Shown here: in pieces, positions 12,024 through 20,000 of the stretch
Layout: each line of letters begins with the position of its first letter
Numbering within the stretch: position 1 is the stretch's first letter
Assembly (NCBI GenBank): GCA_008632985.1
Contig: QPGO01000198.1
Location: 118,135-138,134, forward strand
Direction: 5' to 3'
From: Psammoneis japonica
Taxonomy: Eukaryota
Length of the DNA stretch: 20,000 bases
The notes under the pieces: model-generated
What the model was told of the DNA's origin: nothing
The model's input: the letters and a program-made list of their open reading frames with translations, nothing else
Databases searched by the model: none
Translations under genes and position numbers: made by a program

Positions 12024-12780
12024 CGAGCTCGAATTTGCACAGACATGCTCCAGAGCACATCTGTGCATTTGCGTAGATTTTGCACCAGTCGCATCGTAGA
12101 GTGATGTTGTTCGCCTGCCCCAACGAACTCTTTCTCGTACACAAAATGTTGCTCACGCCTGCCAGATGGGTTGGAGGCACATTTTCCTGGTGCAAACACG
12201 TGGAATTTAACGCAGCTGCACAGATGGTCTCTGGAGACCATCTGTGCAGGTGACAGTGCACAGATGACAGAGACCATCTGTGCACAAGTGGGGATGTCGA
12301 AACAAAGGCAACCCCATGAATGTCCCATGTGTCATGACATGATGTGATCACATTCACAGCAGGGCCCTGTTCTATGACTGGGTCATGATCATCACAACAC
12401 TGTCGTGTGGCCCTTCAAAAACACGATTGGCGAACTTAGCGTCACACAATCACACTTCCATGTCCCTGCTCATTTTTCACGAGCTCCAATTTGCACACGA
12501 ACCACGTGCTGGTTCCTGTGCATTTACATGCATTTTACACCAGTCACATCGTAGAGGGGTGTTGTTCGCCGGCCCTGACGAACTCTTTCTCAGACACAAA
12601 ACACTTTTCACTGCATTCCGGCACATGACTGCCGGCTCGGTGGACACTGTTTCGAGTGCGTTTTCATGTAGAGCCTGCTGCAGATGCAGGCATTCAGATT
12701 TAATCGGTGCAAATCTATGCAGCATTTTGCGCAGGGTGCACACGGACCACCAGGTGGTTCGTGTGCACAAGCAGGGACAT
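12024..12780. repeat. Two diverged direct-repeat units, each bracketed by 31-32 bp TGCACA...TGTGCA palindromes
   Basis: 12024-12150 aligns with 12480-12605 (CGAGCTC.AATTTGCACA...CACCAGTC.CATCGTAGAG...TGTTGTTCGCC.GCCC..ACGAACTCTTTCTC...CACAAAA). Hairpins at 12036-12067, 12216-12249, 12256-12285, 12492-12522 and 12736-12768. Confidence 0.85.
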
Positions 12781-13269
12781 TCACGAACAATTTTTACAAC
12801 TCCTCACATGCGCTCTCATCAAAGAATGCTTTTTCAGGAAGTGACGTCATTTGTGCCATTTTTTTAACAACTTCAATGCCTTCTATCTCGAAAACGAGTC
12901 AGAATCCCCCCACTTTTCTTGTTTCCAAAACATCTCTTTTACTCAGCTGCACAACATGAGTGAATCATAAAAAAATCTGCAGAACCATTTTGGAGACATT
13001 TTTGCTTTTGTGCAATCGTGCAGCATGTCACGAGCTCTTTTTCTGAATTTTGGTCTCAACTTCACGATCGGTGTTCCATGCATGGCAACGTAGACAGAAC
13101 CCTGAAACCATCGTTTCCTCATCCACCTTCATGTGTTGCACTTGGTCCATAAAAGTCAGACCCATCCACCTGGTTTGAAAAATCTCACTCCATTTGCTCC
13201 TCCTTTCGCTGACCAATGAGGTCCCATTTTTTCAAAATTCCGAAAAACGAGTTGAAATTCCAGGCCCTG
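12360..13269. mobile_element. Possible non-autonomous DNA transposon with hAT-like termini
   Basis: Starts CAGGGCC (12360) and ends GGCCCTG (13263-13269). No recognisable coding content. Retains more TpA than its neighbours. No matching 8 bp target-site duplication. Confidence 0.35.
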
Positions 13270-13361
13270 ATGGGTGCACAACACTTAGTTGACATCCACC
13301 TGACTGCAAGACGCCTCTCCGGGTCCCTCCCCGTGAGGCAAAACACTCAACCAGCCACACC

Positions 13362-16200
13362 ATGAGAGCGCAGCCGGTCCATCAAGTTCTCTCTCGCATC
13401 AAAGAACAAAACTGTTGCCTGGGAAAAGCGAAACAACACAAGAACCAACTGTGTGAAAAGCAACCACACGAGAAAAGTGTGAACGAGAAATGAAACAATG
13501 ACGATGACTGCTGGCGAGGTGATGATGGTGACGATCGCCACAACAACAAAAAGCCACGCCGAGCGGCTGCGAGGAGTTCCTCCTCCAGAAGTGGTGCTGC
13601 TGCTTCTTCTGGTTCTCATCAGGACGTTCCTCATCGAGGAGGAAGAGCAGATGAAAGCCAAGGAGGAAGAACAGATGGTGATCCACACCGTCCAGGAGGA
13701 AATCAAACTGACCAGGATGGTTGTCATGGACCCACTCCTTGGCAAGATCATAAGCACCATCAACCATCGCAACCACAACCACAGCATCAAGATCGAGGAC
13801 ATCGAAATGAACAACAACAACAACAACAACCGCACCAACGTGATGACGATCATTGTTGTCAACACCAGCAGCAGCAAGATCATCGTCCTCCTCCTCCTCC
13901 TCAGTGTCATCCTCAAGAACAACAACACAGTGGAAGAGGAGATCGTGGTCAGCATCAGCAACAGCAATCTGGTGGTGGTCATTGTGGTCATCATGGACGA
14001 CCCTCAGGAGGAGGAGGAGGAGGTGAAGGGTGCCACCAACAACAAGACTCTGCGCCTCCTTGTCGAGGTTCTTCTTGGCAGCAGCAACAACAGTGCCGTG
14101 GTGATCATTGTCAGCATCAACAGCAGCAGCCTCAACCACAGCATCACCAGCCGCCGCATCAGCAATGCCAGCAAGGAGTTCCACAACAGCAGCGGCATCA
14201 ACAAGGTCGCTGCTTTGATGGAAGCCTGCAAGGCACTGTTCTCTGCTGCTGGAGTGAGAAGTCTTTTCTTGTTCCTCCCTGTTCTTGTCACCATTTGTTC
14301 AAGTGCACCTTCCATCATTGTTGCCATGATTGGTGGCAGTGGCTGCAGCACATCACTGGCTCACACCAGCGATGCACTGCAGGTCTGGGCCAAGAATCTG
14401 AGTTTGCAGTCCTGCCAGCTCCGGTTGGCAATTGAGGTGGAACAAAGTGTTTGGGCAGAACAACAGTGCCGTGCAACAAGTCAAGAGTTTCAGCAGTCAA
14501 AAGTGGTGCTCTTTGACATTGCATCACAGATCACCATGGAAAATGAAGAAATCTTTCAAACAGTGTGGGCCACCACCTTGGCGTTTGGCACCGAGCCTTT
14601 GCCCCCTCCTTTGCCCGTGAATCCAGAACATGCCCCAGCATTGGTCAACCCATGATCAATGACAGCTGAATGACATCATCACCACCTGACCTGACTGCAT
14701 TGCCCCTGCATGTCCACAGACAATGCAGAGCTGCTGCAGCGCCAAAAACAACAGAAACTCCAGTTGGCGCCTGCACACCATCAAAAGATGGGGTGACCGG
14801 GGCTGGTGCAGCCTGAACCACTGCCAACAGGTCAGGCACACGTGGCCTCTTGGCTGTGGCGGATGCAAAAGAAAGAAGTGAGACCAGAAAAAGCCTTGTG
14901 GCTGGTGCAAATGTTTTGGGCTGTGCCTTTGCCAATGAGCTGGGTGGCTGAATGCACAACAATCTGCGCTGTGTGCATGTCTTTGTGGCTCTGAAAAAAA
15001 AGACAATCACAGATGCTGCTGAGTTGGTTGATCAAAAGCAAACTGTCCCACATTTGGTGTTGCACAGAAAAGCTGCCCTGTGAACACACAGGCAAAAGGT
15101 GATGGTGGCAGCAGCAGTGCCACACAAATCATCACTGCAACCTGCATGAGCACATCGCTGGTGTGTTGGGAGAACAGATCCCAAGAGAAAAAATCTGGCA
15201 TGAGATCCCTGAAATGGCAGCCATTGAAATCTTCAAGAAAGTGCTCTCAGCACCAGTTGTCTTGGGCCTCGTCATTTGCACAGTTCTCCAGGAAGGCTTC
15301 TTGGAGTTGCTTGTCGGTGACTCCGATTTTTTCACAATGATTGTCCCCATTGTGTGTTGCAGTGCCTTGTTCTTGGCACAATTCACTGCAGGTGGATGTG
15401 TGTCTTGCAGTCTGGGTGGTTGCTGTTCATCAACCTCTGCTGCACAGTGAATGCAGGTGCACAAGCAAAGTGGTGCTGATGCATTCACCAGCAGCTTGAG
15501 GAGCTCCTTTGGAACCTCCAAGATGCAACGACTTGTGATTGTTGATGTTGCAACTCCCTGCACTTCCATGATGTGGCAACAAATTGCAGAGACTGTGGCA
15601 AAGCTCAAGGATTTGATGGCAGAAGAGGATGATGAGGATGCACGAGCAACCATCGCGCAATGATTTCACAATGATGTCACAAAGTGGTCCGATTGATGAT
15701 GCTGTTTCAAGTCTGCAGAGTGTTGAAGAAAGCAGACTAAAAGGATCGGTTGATGGATGGCGTGTTGGTTTGCAGAAATTCTTTGTGGAAAGTTGGGCAG
15801 TGCCAGCAAATGACAGTTTTTCTGAAGTTCAGTGGTGCACTCCTCCAAAGGAGTCCAGGCTTGTTTCACATGGTGCAGTCCTAAATTCAGGGATGAGTTG
15901 AACAATGAAGATTGCAGGTTGACCATCCATGGCTTTTTGTTTCCTGAGCATTCAGACACCAATCAAGAGTTTGTCATGTTTGACTGGCAAAGAGTTGCAG
16001 TGTCCCATGGAACGCCAAATCCTGAGTGGCCCATTGGTGTCATGGCAACATCTTGCCAGTTGAGATGAAAGCTGCAAGCAAAAATTGGTGGAAGACATGA
16101 AGGCACCAGACTCTGCTGCCTTGTTGGCCATGTCTTCCCTGCATGACGTTGACCACCATTGACGGCAACTCAATCTCAAGAGACAGCCGGTCTTCAAGCA
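13362..16200 (+). pseudogene. Degenerate gene with an N-terminal Q/G/P-rich (inferred formerly Tyr-rich) low-complexity domain and an unidentified globular region
   Basis: ATG at 13362 in frame +3, one TGA at 13491, then open past 14200 (…EQQQQQQPHQRDDDHCCQHQQQQDHRPPPPPQCHPQEQQHSGRG…). Protein-like pieces follow in other frames (14330-14655, 15163-15663, 15832-16068), split by TGA stops and frameshifts. The 3' limit is approximate. Confidence 0.55.
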
Positions 16201-16691
16201 GCTGTCTGTCAAGAAAGGGGCTGCCTCATGAAGATGTTTGCAGCGGCGCAGTGGCAGAAAGATGACCGACACAACAATTTGCAGAGCTGATTCTGACTGT
16301 CATCTCTGGCACCACTTGCCTGCTTTTTTCTTGCTGCAGCAAAGACACAGCATGCACAAGAAGAACACCCCCAGAAACTGAGTCTGCAAAAGCAACAAAG
16401 TTTGCAGCAGGAAAATTCCCTTTGATTTTCTAGGAGGAAAGTCGCTCCCAGCATTTTGTCTTCCATTGTGTGCCACAAAAGTGAGGTGGCAACATCCAAT
16501 GCCACCAGCAGTTTTTCAAACTCTCTGCCCACAGAGCCTTGAAAAAAGAAAAAAAGAGTTGCCAGCCAGAGTTGCGTGCCGGAGTGTGCTTTGTTTCATT
16601 TCTCTCACAAGCATCTTTCCAAGAACAGGAGGGTGCGTGCTGTTCTCTTGCTCCCAACATGCACAAAATCAAAGGTGTTGCTTGGTGACAG

Positions 16692-16715
16692 GTGTGTGTG
16701 TGTGTGTGTGTGTGT
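16692..16715. repeat. (GT)12 microsatellite
   Basis: Read directly from the sequence. Confidence 0.95.
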
Positions 16716-17526
16716 TTTCAAGACTCAGCAGTGCCCAGAGCTTGGCTTCCCCTCAGCTCTGGCAGAGGGTGGCAACTTGGGTCAAAACAAACCAGTTGGT
16801 TGAGTTGTGTGCAGCGGCCCTCCAGCGCTGCTCTCTGCACCTTAATTTCTGACAGAGTCAGACATGAGAAAGAGAAGATGAGTTTTTTCTCTGATGCCTC
16901 TGGGCTTGCTCTCACAATTCTCTGCACAAAACCTTGATGCCTTTGGGGCCCACAGCAATCTTGCAAAGAAAAAAATGTGGCGCAGCTGACAAAAAGCAGC
17001 ACAATTGTTTGACACAGAAAATTGGCGCCCTCTCTCTGACTTTGTCTTGTGTTGCTCAAGTGCTGGAGACACACACACACAAGACAAGGTCAATGCTCTT
17101 GTTGGACAGCAGAGAGCAGGAGAGCAGGCAACATGTCAGCGCTCTCATCAAACCAAATGCTGCCTGCCCTTCAGACCAAGACTCTCCATGTTCCCATGGA
17201 AATTGAGTTTTGTCATTTTTCAAAAGCATGCAAGGGCTTGGCACAAGGGCTTGATCCCTTTGTCTCTGACTTTCTTGCTGTGTCTTTGCTCGCATCTCTT
17301 GTGCTTCATCAGCCAGGCTGTCTTCTTCACACAACGCCCAACTTTTGTTTTGCAGCCTGGCTCAATCTGTGCAATTCCTTTGTGGCATTTCCACAAGACA
17401 TGTGACAATGACACAAGAGACATGTTGAAGCAGAGCACACAGCAACAAGCGGTGTGTTGAAACTCCTCCTCGTGTCAAAAACTAACTTCGGCCGAGGCGC
17501 CGCGTTTTGGTTTCATGCCAAAAAAA

Positions 17527-17538
17527 TTTGGCGGGAAA
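17527..17538. promoter_or_regulatory. Candidate E2F binding site TTTGGCGGGAAA
   Basis: Exact reverse complement of the canonical E2F element TTTCCCGCCAAA, at the right border of the mutated block. Function untested. Confidence 0.4.
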
Positions 17539-17996
17539 CAACATTTTTCGTTTTTTCTATATAAACATGTATGTTTCATTTGAATGTTCAACTTATTCGA
17601 TTCATTATTATAACATGAAATAAAAAATATTCAACATTGAATAAAACTATGGATATTTTCAATCATGCAAGCGGCATTCTTGAATTCTGAAACGAAAACA
17701 GAAAAAGGGGCAGATTGCGCATCTCTTTGATGGGTTTGGGGTCAGCATGGCGGCAACAACCATGGTATGTACGCGACAAGGTGTCGACTTGTGTGTGTTT
17801 TTACTGTGCCTTGCCACAGACATGGAGCGTATAAAAGGGGGAACAAGTCCCCATGTTTCGAAATTGCACCCGCATGTTTTTGATCACGGGTGTATCACGG
17901 TGTTCTCATCGATCGTGCATAATGTGACCTCACATTCATGCTGTTTTTTTCTTCTTCTTAAATTAGAGACGCATCACATCAACTAGTGGAAACGGC

Positions 17997-19702
17997 ATGA
18001 ATGCAATTGCTGCAGCTGCTCTCCTGCTTGTAAGCCTTTTCTCCGTTACAGTCGTCCATGCCCGCCCAAATTTTATATTCATGTACGCCGACGACTTGGG
18101 GTTTGGAGATTTAAAGTCGTACGGTCATCCCTATGCCATTACAGACAATGTCGATCGACTGGCCAGAGAGGGAACAGCGTTTTACGGATTTCACAATACA
18201 GGCAATATCTGTCCCACGAGCCGAGCGGGTTTCATGACGAGCCGCAATCCCTCGTGGTTTCCCAATTACACTCCCGACTTTGGATTTCGGGGTACCATGA
18301 CGGTCACACAGCTGTTACAAGACGCGGGATACCAAGTCGGACATATCGGCAAGTGGAATATCGGGGATCCTACACCCGCCAGGAGTGATACCGGCTTTGC
18401 GTTTCCGGAATATGGAATGACGGATGTGAGAATTACCCACGATGGACGAAACGACCCAAGAGGAAAGGAAGCGCATCGGTACGACTTGGCGATTGATTTT
18501 GTGGAACAAAATCAAAATGTACCATTCTATCTCAATGTATGGCAATACGTTCCACACTCGCCCATTTTACCGGCAGCCATTTTGAAGGAAAAATTTAACG
18601 GCCTCGTCGTCAATCGCAGTCTGTTTGGTCCCTATATGCAACAAAATTTTGATACAATCGAGAGACTGGGAGGAAACATTGACGTTTCCATGCAAAACTA
18701 TCTAGCCGAGGTTTATGGTATGGACATTCACATTGGTAGGTTATTGACGCGGCTCGATGAGCTGGGGTTGGCAAACAACACCCTATTGGTCTTCTCCAGT
18801 GACAATGGCCCGGCGGTCAATGATCAACCCGACGACTATGCTGCCGGATGGTCTGGTGGTCTTCGTGGTGGAAAGCCCAATTGTACGAGGGTGGACCGTC
18901 CGTGCCATTATATGTAAGGTGGCGGGACGAGTGCGGCCGGCAAGGTCAATACAGAATCCTTCTTTTCGTCACTCGACTGGCTCCCAACCATTTGCTCACT
19001 CGCCGGAGCAAATTATTCACAAGATCTTGTCGAAGGAGAGGATGTCAGTGATATATGGCTGGGATCCAATCGATCAAGAAAGAATCCAACCTTTTATCAA
19101 GATCCCTTCTCTGACAAAGTTGCGGTTCGTACGATAAATGGAAAATGCTTCAGTGGAAGAACGAACTCTATGAAATCGACGTGGATCGCCAAGAGACTTC
19201 CAACGTGTACGACGACTATCCCGAGATTGTGGCTGCCATGACAGATCTGATTGATCAATACAAGGTTACAATACCACAAAATCATGCGTTTGAAGGCCAA
19301 AGCCCGCTGCAATTTGATCCTACGGAACCGGTGCAAACCTATGAAATTCCGGCTGTGCTCGCCACTCCGGCACCCACGCCGTCACCGAGCTTGAGCCCTT
19401 CCTCCATGTACGTATCATCAAACACCACCATGAGCCCTTCCATGTTTGTCTTTTCAAACACATCGTTTCCCACAAGCAATTTGCCGAGCACAAGCCCGTC
19501 CTTTGTGCCGACGGTTTCGCCAAGTGCTCGTCCTTCTATTGTCCCGACAACCTTTCCAAGTGCTCNNNNNNNNNNNNNNNNNNNNNNNNNNNNNNNNNNN
19601 NNNNNNNNNGTCGTCCTTCTAACAATCCAACATCTCACTGAGCTTTTCTCTTCTGTTCACCATCTTCCATACCAACAATGGAACCAACTTTTTACCCACT
19701 AG
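17997..19702 (+). CDS. Secreted arylsulfatase-family (S1) sulfatase with C-terminal Ser/Pro/Thr-rich tail; frameshifted as assembled
   Basis: Signal peptide, RPNFIFMYADDLGFGDL, ICPTSRAGFMTSR, GHIGKWNIG, VPHSP, FSSDNGP, GLRGGK/AQLYEGG, SSLDWLPTICSLAG, ELYEIDVDRQETSNV, then PSxSPS repeats. Needs about four single-base frameshifts (~18877, ~18923, ~18937, ~19128). The 3' end is obscured by an N gap. Confidence 0.9.
19566..19609. other. Assembly gap (N run) within the low-complexity tail
   Basis: 44 consecutive N. Confidence 1.
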
Positions 19703-20000
19703 CTCGCCTACATCAACCGGTTTCAGGTATTTCACAATGGTCGTGCTACGCTCTTCTTCCAATTGCCATTCTCTTGTACATCTTTTGAGTGGTGTGGCAT
19801 TGAGATAGAATATCACAAGACTGTGATTTTTTCAAGTTACTTTAAAATAGAGATTCATAGCTGGGTGATTATTCTTGTGGCTGGTCTAACCACTTCTTTC
19901 GCCTTAATGGTACCTAGTGTACCAAAGAAAGCCGCAATTCAACATAAGAGATTGGGACGAAAACATCGAAACAGTGAGATGACGTGAGTAAAGCAGCAAC

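Larger units (their letters stand above)
5090..17550. other. TpA-depleted, TG/CA-enriched hypermutated domain
   Basis: By eye, about 6 TpA in 5100-7100 and about 5 in 13300-17460, against about 13 in the first 300 bp of the window. TpA returns abruptly at ~17558 (CTATATAAAC). Embedded genes almost completely lack Tyr codons. Confidence 0.92.

Noticed and set aside
12036..12768. Palindromes as a CRISPR array
   Set aside because: The repeats are not identical, the spacing is irregular, no cas genes are present and the context is eukaryotic.
13347..14655. Long ORFs 13498-14655 (+), 13347-13994 (-) and 13399-14184 (-) as genes
   Set aside because: Up to ~14220 these are shadow frames of the Q/G/P-rich frame +3. 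Only the last third of 13498-14655 may be genuine coding sequence.
5200..17460. Dense overlapping Cys/His-rich ORFs on both strands, resembling zinc-finger or metal-binding proteins
   Set aside because: By-product of TpA loss: TAA and TAG stops vanish and TGY/CAY codons accumulate, so all six frames stay open and look C/H-rich.
5090..17550. Alternative genetic code or Tyr recoding, classical RIP, or plain GC-biased gene conversion as the explanation
   Set aside because: Flanking genes use TAY normally and non-coding DNA is affected too. RIP increases TpA. GC-biased conversion is not dinucleotide-specific, and A/T runs persist.

Overview
Eukaryotic genomic DNA, most likely a diatom (inferred from short 69-97 bp GT-AG introns, a CoDi-like copia gag fragment and a sulfatase with a PSxSPS tail). 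The flanks hold normal-looking genes: a Costars-domain protein (minus, runs off the left edge), a 5-exon class 3 lipase and a secreted sulfatase. Between them lies a block of about 12.5 kb (~5.1-17.5 kb) of pseudogenes and transposon debris. The most striking signal is that this block has lost almost all TpA dinucleotides and is saturated with TG/CA. Embedded reading frames show His or Cys where Tyr is expected (TAY to CAY/TGY). This points to a region-targeted A:T to G:C hypermutation at TpA, the opposite direction to fungal RIP. It fades as a gradient inside a Crinkler-type NTPase-REase gene and appears separable from CpG decay. All counts are by eye and all family calls come from motif recognition, not database searches.
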